Shown piece after piece: positions 40,898-50,400 of a stretch of DNA of 64,000 bases (positions within the stretch are counted from its first letter, which is position 1; every line of letters starts with the position of its first letter). Both the position numbers and the translations under genes were made by a program. The DNA comes from an uncultured cyanobacterium. Its GTDB lineage: Bacteria > Cyanobacteriota > Cyanobacteriia > Cyanobacteriales > CAWUOF01. The DNA lies in NCBI GenBank assembly GCA_963744145.1, contig CAVUSO010000001.1:1998831-2062830 (forward strand), read 5' to 3'. The notes under the pieces are model-generated. The model was given only the letters and a program-made list of their open reading frames with translations. It was not told the origin of the DNA and made no database searches.

Positions 40898-43143
40898 CCC
40901 ACATTCCGCACCCTCACTGGCACATCTTAATAAAGGGGTAACAATTGGGGACGAAGAAAGTTGGCTCAAAAAGATCATAAATGAGATTAATGAGAATTAA
41001 TATTATTAAACTAGATTTATGAGCAGAAAGAGGCTCTGGGTTGTTGAGAGATTAACCGTAGCAGCAGTCCGGAAAATGAAAGAGTAAAAAATTAATTGTA
41101 ATCGAGCCTAAAAATGCGATAATTGAACCAAAAATTGGCTCGTTAAATTGGGTAACTATGGTAGACATAAACGATATTAAAATTCAGAATATCGACCATC
41201 TGGGGTTAGTAGCAGGAATAGTAGATACGATTGGAATAGTAGAAATAATTAATAATTTAATCGGGATAGAATCGGGAGAAAAAGTTACTGCTGGACAAGC
41301 AGTTAAAGCCATGATTATCAATGGGTTAGGATTTATTTCTAAACCATTATATATGTTTCCGAAATTTTTTGAATCAATTCCCTGTGAGCATTTAATAGGA
41401 GCCGGAGTAAAGCCCGAATATTTAAATGACGATAAACTGGGAAGAGTGATGGATAAACTATATAGTAAAGGGCTGGATACAATATTTTTAGCAATTACTT
41501 TAAATGCGGTTAAAAAGTTTGATATATCTTTAAATACATCACATCTTGACTCATCATCAATTCACGTACATGGGGAATATAATAAGCGAGTTACCAGAGA
41601 TAATATTTTGTCAGTCAGAATTGTCAGACCAAGGAGAAACCCAAATAAAATCGCGACAACCAATCAGAATAAATTACGGTTATTCCCGTGACCATAGACC
41701 TGATTTAAAACAATTTTTAATAGAATTAGTATGTACCGGGGATGGGGATATCCCAATATTTTTAAAAGCCGCGTCAGGAAATCAAGCCGACTCATCATGC
41801 TTTGCGAGCATAGCAATTGATTATAAAAATCAAATAAAAGTCGATAGCTTAATCGTAGCTGATTGTGCCTTATATACAGAAGATAACCTGAAATTAATGT
41901 CGGAAATTAAGTGGTTAAGCCTCGTACCGTTAAGCATAAAATCAGCCCAAGAATTAGTAGCAAATCTGCCAGATTCAGAATTTACTAAAAGCAAATTAGT
42001 TGGATATTCATGGGCAGCAAAAGAGCAGACTTACGGTGGAATAAAGCAAAGATGGCTAGTTGTACTCTCGTCAAGAAAGAAGGGAATCAGATTTACGGAA
42101 GTTATCACAGAAAATTAGTAAATCTGCCACCAAACTTAGCAGCGAATTGGGAAAATTATCCCAAGATAGATTTGCCTGTGAAGCTGATGCAATCAAGGCA
42201 TTAACTCACCTATCGAAATCCTTTAAATATCATCAAATTGAACCAAAAGAAGTAAGGGAAATCAGACCAGATAAATTAGATAAAAGTCAAAAAAAGTGCT
42301 ATCAAATTCTCGGCAGTTTTACCGAGGATAAAAGCCAAATTGAGCGAGAAACTAACAGTGCTGGTAGATTCATAATTGCAACGAACGTTTTAGCAGAAAG
42401 CGAAATTAGTAATGAAGCGATGCTGACTGAGTATAAGGCACAGCAATCCTGTGAAAGAGGATTTGGTTTTCTTAAAGATCCCACATTTTTGGCGGATAGT
42501 GTTTATCTGAAAAGTCCCGAACGCATCGAATCATTAGCAGCAATTATGGGGCTATGTTTACTGGTTTATACGCTAGCACAAAGACAAATACGAGCCGCTT
42601 TATCAGCAGCAAAATCAACCATAAAAAATCAGTTAGGAAAAGCAACAGACCGCCCAACAGCCAAATGGATATTTCAGTGCTTTCAAGCAATTCATATTGT
42701 CACATTTCAACAACAACAACAAGTATCTAATTGGAGTAATGAACGTGAATTTATCCTGAACCTGCTACCAGAAGATTGTCAGCGCTACTATAAATTTATC
42801 ACTTAATCACTCTTGCTAATATCTCATAAGTGGATTTGGCTTGAACGAGTTCTTGAATTTAATTAAGAGCTAAGAATTAACCTATCTTAACTAGAGATTT
42901 TGCAGTTATTAACTAACAAGACTGAGTTAAGAGAGCTAATCAACACCAAAATTTATTGAACAAACGGGCCGAAATCCTCATTTTCTATTTATTGCTAATT
43001 ATTATTAATAAACTAGAGATTGATGACCAGACCCTCAAGGTTTAAAAACCTCTTTTTTGACGATAGTGGGCCAAAATTTCGGCTTTGATAGAGGTTTATT
43101 TCAGTAATTACGAATTGTGACAGTTCAGGGTGCGGAATGTGGG
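40898..43143 (+). mobile_element. IS1634/IS4-like insertion sequence, copy 3 (2246 bp), inverted relative to copy 1, no target-site duplication, transposase pseudogenised
   Basis: Ends match copy 1. Flanks gtagat| and |ttgaaa do not form a TSD. The transposase is split into ORFs 41158..41691, 41546..42118 and 42060..42806 by at least two frameshifts. Confidence 0.8.
41158..42806 (+). pseudogene. Frameshifted IS1634-like transposase (copy of 19689..21335)
   Basis: Three overlapping ORFs together cover the full-length protein. Breaks fall near HGEY (about 41585) and near VVESQERRESD (about 42070). Confidence 0.8.
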
Positions 43144-43643
43144 TTGAAAGCGAGCTGGTGCGTGCAGATGTCGCAGAAAGGTTCGGTAGTCCCCAGGAAA
43201 GCGCAAATCGCGGCGGACACGCACCCATTCCAAGAATGGCTCCAAATAACCGGCAGAGTAAATGTATCCATCAAGCTTTCTCAGATCCTCCCAACGACCT
43301 AAAATCTATACCCATCAGTGTAGCTGATTGCCAGTAATTGTCGCTATTACTACTCAGATTTGGCCAAAAAAGAAAGCGATCGCACCAGGACTCAAACTCC
43401 TAACGACTTCAGATAATTTCCTCCAAGAACTGGGGCAGCGTAATATTGTATTTGGCATTATTTAGTAGAAATTAATTATAATCAAAATGTCATTATTACA
43501 GGTTTTATTTTTAATAGAAACTCAGAAAATCGCAAACGCAAATTTGTATCCGGAAGATTTTATTCTATCTGTATTTTTGGATGAATCAGCTAATCTCCCT
43601 AGTAAGTAGGAAGATTGGCTACCAGACCAGGTATCTAACCTAC

Positions 43644-44423
43644 TTACCTTTTATATTTTGCTAAAATTGATAGGAATTCTTCAACAACTTCATTAGTATA
43701 GTACCAGCATCGTTCAGCCGTATAATGCTGAATACATAAAATACCTGATTTTTTAAACCACGAATCTTTTTCAGAATCCTTTTCATATCTATCCGGATGA
43801 AATGCAACTTCTAAAATTCCCCATGAACCATCATGGCAAATAAGAAAATCTACTTCACGATGATCATTGTAGAAATCACCTGTTTCTGCTCTTACAGCTA
43901 AAGGTAAAGGAAAAAATAGAATTTGACGCTTCTCTAGCTCTTGAGCAATTCTTACTTCAGTGCTAGAAGCAAATTTCATTTCATTATAAACAATTATTTC
44001 TTTTTTTTGTTTGAAAAAAACTTTTTCTGAAATTACCGCCTGATTAGGATTTTGGAAGTTAGCGATTAAATTTTTGGCGATATTTTGCCAACCTTTTTCT
44101 ACTTCAATTAATTTAACTCCATAGACAAAATCCAAGTTATCTACATCAAATATTTCACCATTGCTCCAAAATATTTTGCCTTGAACTACAGTTTTAATTG
44201 TCTCGTTAATAATTATTTTAATCTGCTCATTATTATTTAAATAAGTCCAACCAAATGTTGGGAAAGAAAAAATAACTGATCGTGGTTCATGAGGACTACC
44301 GTAAAATATATTAATTTCTGCATCAATAGCGATCGCTGCAATTTCTCTATGACCATTATCAATTAAAAATTGTACCCAAGTGCGATGTACTTTAGTCTCA
44401 AAATCATTCATATTAGTGTTCAT
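43644..44423 (-). CDS. Hypothetical protein; C-terminal region possibly a PD-(D/E)xK-like nuclease fold
   Basis: 259 aa. C-terminal ...GDFYNDHREVDFLICHDGSWGILEVAF... has a D...EVD...LEV arrangement reminiscent of restriction-endonuclease-like folds, with no canonical Lys. Confidence 0.3.
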   Translation of the reverse strand: MNTNMNDFETKVHRTWVQFLIDNGHREIAAIAIDAEINIFYGSPHEPRSVIFSFPTFGWTYLNNNEQIKIIINETIKTVVQGKIFWSNGEIFDVDNLDFVYGVKLIEVEKGWQNIAKNLIANFQNPNQAVISEKVFFKQKKEIIVYNEMKFASSTEVRIAQELEKRQILFFPLPLAVRAETGDFYNDHREVDFLICHDGSWGILEVAFHPDRYEKDSEKDSWFKKSGILCIQHYTAERCWYYTNEVVEEFLSILAKYKR

Positions 44424-44796
44424 ATTTTTGCCTAGTTTTGATTGGATAAATTAAAACTACCATACCCAATATGTCCGCCTGTCCTGTTATTACCCAATTA
44501 TTAAAAAAGTTTGACAAAATTTAGTGCTTTATTACTCTTATAAAAAATAATCATTGATGGCCAAGAATAGGAAAACCAGACAGAAAAATCTAAATTTTTC
44601 TATGTGGCGATCGCCAAACAATAAACATTTAACTTACAAGATTCTTCACCCCAAATTGAACCTGTACAGCCGTCGCGGTGGAATTGGGTTAAATGTTTAC
44701 TGACTATAGTGTTTAGGTCGATTGATATTTATTTGATGATATTTGGAGTATTTTGGGCAGTATCAGGAAAATTAAATGTTTAGTCTGCTGGCGTGT

Positions 44797-44862
44797 TTGG
44801 GTGGTGATTGGCGATCGCACATTCAGAGCAAAATCAATTTTTCCCGGTGCAATCTGGGAGTT
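44797..44862. repeat. About 65-bp dispersed repeat, copy A (TTTGGGTGGTGATTGGCGATCGCA...AATCAATTTTTCCCGGTGCAATCTGGG)
   Basis: About 75% identical to copy B at 47430..47500. The two copies are direct and flank the glycine-zipper and WD40 genes. Confidence 0.6.
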
Positions 44863-44983
44863 GTCACCGCCAAACTGAAAAACTCCCGCTGCAATTTTAC
44901 CCTTTAAAGTGGGTATCCTGAATAATAGAATTACAGGTAGTTACTATGTAACACTTTAGAATGTTACAATTCACTTATAATTT

Positions 44984-45382
44984 ATGGTTAAATATTGTCA
45001 AGACCAAGCCAGAGATGAGCTTAATTTAATGATGGGTGGTGGACTAGCAGCAGGAGTTGCTGGTGGTATTCCTGTTTTAGGTGCCGCGACTTTCAATGTT
45101 AGTTTAACGGCTATACAGGCACTTGTAGTTACTCGGATTGCTAGAGTTTATAATGTGGATCTAGTCCCTGCTGGTGGTGCGGGAGCAATAGCAGCAGCAA
45201 TTATAGCAATGGGTGGTGGACAGTTGCTTTTTAGAATGGGTGGTACTGTGGCTGGACTTATTCCTGGAATTGGGTCATTTGTTCAACCTGCAATCGGAGC
45301 TGGTGCAGTTAAAGCCTTTGGTGAAGCTGCTATTGCTTATTTTGAGGATAGGTATCCTAATAAAATTTACAGTCGTGAATAA
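44984..45382 (+). CDS. Glycine-zipper membrane protein (hypothetical)
   Basis: Gly/Ala-rich segments GGGLAAGVAGGIPVLGAA and AGGAGAIAAAIIAMGGG, typical of glycine-zipper helices. Confidence 0.45.
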   Translation: MVKYCQDQARDELNLMMGGGLAAGVAGGIPVLGAATFNVSLTAIQALVVTRIARVYNVDLVPAGGAGAIAAAIIAMGGGQLLFRMGGTVAGLIPGIGSFVQPAIGAGAVKAFGEAAIAYFEDRYPNKIYSRE

Positions 45383-45548
45383 TGGTTCTACTGAACCTGC
45401 GATACTCGCTAGGGAAATTAGATAGACATTCATCAATGACTCAATATTATCTAGCAAAATAATAAACGACATTTAGATTGAATAGGACAATTTCAGTTTA
45501 AATTTCTCATGCTATTACTGATGGCATCAAAGCGATAATTAACTTTGA

Positions 45549-47234
45549 TTAGTTTTTAACATCTGAACTAAAATCAAAATCTAAACTCGATAAGGTTATA
45601 GTTTTGTCTACACTACCAGAAGCTACTATTTCTCCAGTGGGGCTAAAACTGACACTATTGACTGTATCAATATGCCCATTGATAGTACGAAGTTCTTTAC
45701 CTATAGTCATATCCCAAATTCTAATAGTTTTGTCACTACTACTAGAAGCCAAAGTATTTCCATCAGGACTGAAACTAACGCTATAAACCGGACCTTTGTG
45801 ACCACTGAGTGTCTGGATTTCTTTACCTGTCTTTACATTCCAGATTTTGATGGTTTTGTCAGTACCACCAGAAGCTAAGGTTTTTCCATCAGGGCTAAAA
45901 CTAATACTCATGACTATACTTTTTGATTGATGACCATACAAAGTATGAATTTCTTTATCAGTTTCTATATTCCAAAGTTTGATGGTGCTATCACTACTAC
46001 TAGAAGCCAAGATTTTTCCATCGGGACTAAAACAAATACTATTGACCGCACTTTCATGACCAGTGAGCTTGCGAGATTCTTCGCGTCTGGTCACATCCAA
46101 AATTCTGATTTTTTCATCTTCATCCATATAAGCCAAGGTTTTTCCATCGGGACTAAAGCAAATGTCAATAATATTTTTGTCATTTTCCCTAATACGAAAT
46201 TCTTGCTCTGTATCTAGATCGCGCACTTTTATAGTATTACCAATACTATAAGCTAATTTTTTCCAATCATGACTAAAATCAACATTATCAATTTTAAAAA
46301 AAGAATTAATAAGAGTACGGATTTCTTCACCTGTATTTGCATTAAAAAGCTTAAGAGATGATCGCTCAACTGGATAAGCGAAAGTTTTCCCGTCTGGACT
46401 GAATCCGAAATTCAACCGGAATCGTAGAAGGAAACCCTCTCGAAGAGACCAGAGTTTCTGAGATGTATTTATATCCCAGAAACTAACAACATTCTCTCCT
46501 GAATAACACAAAATAGCAAGTATTTTTCCATCTGGGCTAAAATTGATGTCGATAGCATTTTCGGTAAAATCAGAACAAATAGTAGATATATTTTTAGCTG
46601 TAGCTATATCATATAATCTTACCGCATTCTTTTCAATTGAAGCCAAAATTTTTCTGTCGGGACTAAAGCAAATCGTAGCCAAAGGATCGCACAACCCAGC
46701 GAGAGGAGCGTCTTCGTAATCTTCGTAATCCTTTTGAGTCATAATTTCTTTTCCTGTATCTATAGCATATAGTTTGCAGCCTCCAGTGTTATTGATTCCT
46801 AAGATTTTTCCATCATGGCTGAACTTTATATCAGAGATTTGGGGTGAACCATTCTTAATATACTCACTATTGCACCCAGAAAAAGTCTTAATTTCCTGAC
46901 CTGTATTTACATCCCATAGTTTGACAGTATTTTCATTACTAAAAGCAGCTAAGATTTGTCCATCGGGGCTGAAATCATTAGGAATCATAGCTAAAAAACT
47001 ATAATTACAGTTAAAGACCAGATGTTCTCTTTTTTTAGTTACATCCCAAAGCTTGATGTTCTTTTTGCATTGATAAGCTAATAGTTTTCCATCGGGACTA
47101 AACTTAATTAATCTAGGCGGCAGAAGTGACAGTAATCTAGGTGTCATGCTCATATACAAAACCAAATATTTATTAATAGAGAAAACTAACCACGGATAGC
47201 CAATCTTTTTTGTCCATCTAATGACACTGAGCAA
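45549..47234 (-). CDS. WD40-repeat protein
   Basis: At least seven canonical WD40 units (FSPDGKxLASxSxDxTIKLW) in the C-terminal half. Atypical N-terminal 60 aa. Confidence 0.85.
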   Translation of the reverse strand: MLSVIRWTKKIGYPWLVFSINKYLVLYMSMTPRLLSLLPPRLIKFSPDGKLLAYQCKKNIKLWDVTKKREHLVFNCNYSFLAMIPNDFSPDGQILAAFSNENTVKLWDVNTGQEIKTFSGCNSEYIKNGSPQISDIKFSHDGKILGINNTGGCKLYAIDTGKEIMTQKDYEDYEDAPLAGLCDPLATICFSPDRKILASIEKNAVRLYDIATAKNISTICSDFTENAIDINFSPDGKILAILCYSGENVVSFWDINTSQKLWSLREGFLLRFRLNFGFSPDGKTFAYPVERSSLKLFNANTGEEIRTLINSFFKIDNVDFSHDWKKLAYSIGNTIKVRDLDTEQEFRIRENDKNIIDICFSPDGKTLAYMDEDEKIRILDVTRREESRKLTGHESAVNSICFSPDGKILASSSSDSTIKLWNIETDKEIHTLYGHQSKSIVMSISFSPDGKTLASGGTDKTIKIWNVKTGKEIQTLSGHKGPVYSVSFSPDGNTLASSSSDKTIRIWDMTIGKELRTINGHIDTVNSVSFSPTGEIVASGSVDKTITLSSLDFDFSSDVKN

Positions 47235-47429
47235 CGCTATAAGTTTAGCAAGATTTATCTCCAGTTCATAGGTGAATTCTAAAAATTTTCCCAGTTTAGT
47301 CTAATTGTTTTTTCAAATTGCTGTCAAGACATTTTGCTGTTTAAACGCCATAAATGTTATAACTCTTAAGATGATTTAGATAGCATAACCTACAACAGAG
47401 CTTCACGATTTAGAGAAGTCCTGCTTATT

Positions 47430-47500
47430 TTGGGTGGTGGTGGATGATTGGCGATCGCATCTCTGGGGCTAAATCAAATTTCCCACGGTGCGAGCTGGTA
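47430..47500. repeat. About 65-bp dispersed repeat, copy B
   Basis: Matches copy A at 44797..44862. Lies in the intergenic region between the WD40 gene (minus strand) and the Uma2 gene (plus strand). Confidence 0.6.
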
Positions 47501-47699
47501 AGTAGTCGGACATAAATAATGACCTGATCCAGTTTACTCTTTGTCCCATCCACTTTACAAAAGTTAATACAATAATTATTACTTTTGTCCTACTACTTAG
47601 TATACCCGTTGATTGGATAAAAATCATCTTGCTTTTTGAGCATTTTTGTGATCTAATCATAGAAGAGCTTTGAGAGTTTTCGGAGATGTCTAAAATATT

Positions 47700-48290
47700 A
47701 TGCGATCGCAAATCACCACTGTTGAAATCAAAGCAGTCAAACCCGATTACACACCAGAAGAGTATTTAGAACTAGAGGAAAAATCTGACTGCAAAAATGA
47801 ATATCACAATGGAGAAATTGTATCAATGGCTGGTGGGACAACTAATCATAATACAATTGCTCTTAATTTGGCTGCTTACTTCAAGTTTGGTTTAAAAGGA
47901 AAAGGCTACAATACCTATATTGGAGATGTGAAACTGTGGATACCTCGTTATCACGAGTTTACCTATCCTGATGTAATGGTAATTAAGGGTAAGCCTATTT
48001 ATTATGGCACCAATACCACCACAGTAATGAATCCTTTATTAATTGCTGAGGTTTTATCTAAATCTACTAGAGATTATGACCAAGGAGATAAATTTCTTTA
48101 TTATCGTTCTATACCTGAGTTAAAAGAGTATATCCTGATTGACCAAGATAAATATCATGTCATGCAGCATAAAAAAATTTCTGAAGATGAATGGTTATTA
48201 TCTGAGTATGAGTTAGAAGATGTTGTCTTAGACATTCAGTCAATTGGGTTGAAAATATCTGTTAGTGATATTTATGATCAAGTAATCTAA
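47700..48290 (+). CDS. Uma2-family (DUF820) putative restriction-endonuclease-like protein
   Basis: Conserved YTPEEYLELEE...EYHNGEIV...MAGGT N-terminal region and a PD-(D/E)xK-like core. The family is abundant in cyanobacteria. Confidence 0.75.
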   Translation: MRSQITTVEIKAVKPDYTPEEYLELEEKSDCKNEYHNGEIVSMAGGTTNHNTIALNLAAYFKFGLKGKGYNTYIGDVKLWIPRYHEFTYPDVMVIKGKPIYYGTNTTTVMNPLLIAEVLSKSTRDYDQGDKFLYYRSIPELKEYILIDQDKYHVMQHKKISEDEWLLSEYELEDVVLDIQSIGLKISVSDIYDQVI

Positions 48291-48583
48291 CAGATTGTCA
48301 TAATAAAGGTACATCCATTACTGTGTAAGACTTAATTCCCCTCCAACTTTCATAAAAATAACTCGGCAAGTGGGAAACTCAGTTCTTTAGAACTGGGAGG
48401 GAAACGGCACGAGCGGTTTTAACTTTGTCATCTTTTTCTTAGAATGGTAATTAATTAAAAATTTAACTTGATGAATATGATAATAATTTGGTTATACATT
48501 TTCTAAATTTGGCTTGATTTGCTATTGACAACTTCTAATTTAATGTATTATGATTTAATAGTCAAGCACCGAAAATTAAGTCA

Positions 48584-49933
48584 ATGGCTAAATCTAAACC
48601 TAAGCAATTAATAGGAGTGCAGCAGATATTATTATCACCAGACAATGAGACTAAAGCATTGTTACAATACCTGTGTGAGCAATCAGGTAAACTTTATAAC
48701 TGTGGGGTATACTATGCGCGGCAAATTCTGTTCAAAACTGGGAAACTACTAACTAATAAATTTGCTTTAGCGGTTGAACCATCTGTAGCAAAAAGCTTAT
48801 TGGCTCAATCAATGCCATCTACACCAATGCAACAAACATTGATGTCTGTAACAGAAGCATTTAAGTCCTTTCAGCAACTAAGAGATTTATATATCAAAGG
48901 TGAGTTACACTTTCGACCAAAACCACCTCACTATCTGAAAGGTTCTAAACTGTTCAAAGTAGCTTATCCGAATTCAGGGGCTCAAAGACCAAAGCTAATT
49001 AATGGTCAATTAAGATTTTCGTTAGGGCTAACAGTAAGAAGATGGTTTGGGATTGATGAATTTTTCTTACCCATGCCTGCTAATCTTGACTATTCATCAG
49101 TCAAAGAGTTTACTATTCTGCCTAAAAATGGTGCTTTTTACCTAGAGGTATCTTATGAAATAATTAAAAAGGAACATAGATTACATCCAAATCATGCTCT
49201 ATCAATTGACTTAGGGACTGCTGACAATCTCGCTGCTTGTGTTGATACTTTAGGTAATTCCTTTTTAATTGATGCTCGTGCTATGAAAGCCATGAATCAA
49301 CTTTGGAACAAGAAAGTATCAACTAGAAAAGAAGGAAAACCAGAGGGATACTGGGATAATTGGTTAGACCGGATTACCCGGAAACGTAACCATCAAATGC
49401 GTGATGGTGTTAATAAAGCAGCTAAACTGATAATTAAACATTGTTTAACTTATCAAATTGGCACTTTAGTAATTGGTTGGAATCAGGACTTTAAAACTAA
49501 TGTAAATCTGGGTAATTTGAATAATCAAAAGTTTGTTCTTATGCCTTTAGGAAAACTAAAAGAACGACTCCAACAACTCTGCATTTTAAACGGCATTAAG
49601 TTTGTAGAAACCGAAGAGGCTTACACTTCCAAAGCTAGCTATCTTGATGGAGACTCCCTACCCAAATATGGCGAAAAACCAGAAGGGTGGAAAGCATCTG
49701 GACGGCGAGTAAAAAGAGGTTTGTACCGCACAGCTCAAGGTTTTTTAATCAATTCCGATTTGAATGGTGCGGCGAATATTTTAAGGAAAGTAGCCAAGAA
49801 CCTAAACTTAGATTTAGGCAGACTGGGTAGACGGTGTTTGACGACCGTAGCGAGAATTAGACTTTGGGTACTACCTGAAGGGGCGTATTGCAATACGCCC
49901 GTACTTTGTCCGCAGAATCGAGCGTGTCTTTAG
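48584..49933 (+). CDS. tnpB: TnpB (IS200/IS605-family OrfB), second non-identical copy, no tnpA
   Basis: 449 aa. OrfB N-terminal region, RuvC motifs (DLGTADNLAA, ...EEAYTSK..., SDLNGAANIL). The C-terminal zinc finger appears degenerate. Confidence 0.75.
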   Translation: MAKSKPKQLIGVQQILLSPDNETKALLQYLCEQSGKLYNCGVYYARQILFKTGKLLTNKFALAVEPSVAKSLLAQSMPSTPMQQTLMSVTEAFKSFQQLRDLYIKGELHFRPKPPHYLKGSKLFKVAYPNSGAQRPKLINGQLRFSLGLTVRRWFGIDEFFLPMPANLDYSSVKEFTILPKNGAFYLEVSYEIIKKEHRLHPNHALSIDLGTADNLAACVDTLGNSFLIDARAMKAMNQLWNKKVSTRKEGKPEGYWDNWLDRITRKRNHQMRDGVNKAAKLIIKHCLTYQIGTLVIGWNQDFKTNVNLGNLNNQKFVLMPLGKLKERLQQLCILNGIKFVETEEAYTSKASYLDGDSLPKYGEKPEGWKASGRRVKRGLYRTAQGFLINSDLNGAANILRKVAKNLNLDLGRLGRRCLTTVARIRLWVLPEGAYCNTPVLCPQNRACL

Positions 49934-50236
49934 ACCTGAGAGTGTCAATCTTGTGTAGAAAGGTGACCTGTCTGCTTGCGCCTTACTTACTTGTACTTGC
50001 TCCCATTCCTGGGTGATTTCTTGGTCAATTTCTTCCTGATGATCGAAATAGTAGCCCATTGCCGCATGAGCTTCTGCTGGCTTTAAATAGAGGTCCTGCC
50101 GACAGATCTCCTCTACAGACCAACCGTAGGTGAGATAATCCATGACAATTTGTGCAACTCGAATTCGTGGCAATCGCTGTAATCGTGCAGGCTGATCGTC
50201 TTGCTTTTCAATATGTGGGTAACTAAGGGCTAGCAT
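49871..50236 (-). CDS. DUF433-domain protein (antitoxin-like)
   Basis: The conserved DUF433 core (RIRVAQIVMDYLTYGWSVEEICRQDLYLKPAEAHAAMGYY) is homeodomain-like. Its 3' end overlaps the TnpB 3' end by about 60 bp on the opposite strand. Confidence 0.6.
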   Translation of the reverse strand: MLALSYPHIEKQDDQPARLQRLPRIRVAQIVMDYLTYGWSVEEICRQDLYLKPAEAHAAMGYYFDHQEEIDQEITQEWEQVQVSKAQADRSPFYTRLTLSGLKTRSILRTKYGRIAIRPFR

Positions 50237-50400
50237 ACTACTTTATTCTCACTCAAAATATCCTTAACTGAACTGTATTGTAGTTGATCTGTTGGCTGCA
50301 TAGATGGTGAGGGCAAAGCATTTCGGTAATATTTTCTTCCCTTCGACTACGCTCAGGGCAAGCGTTTAAGCCATCATTTATTAGCCGAAATACTTTGCTC

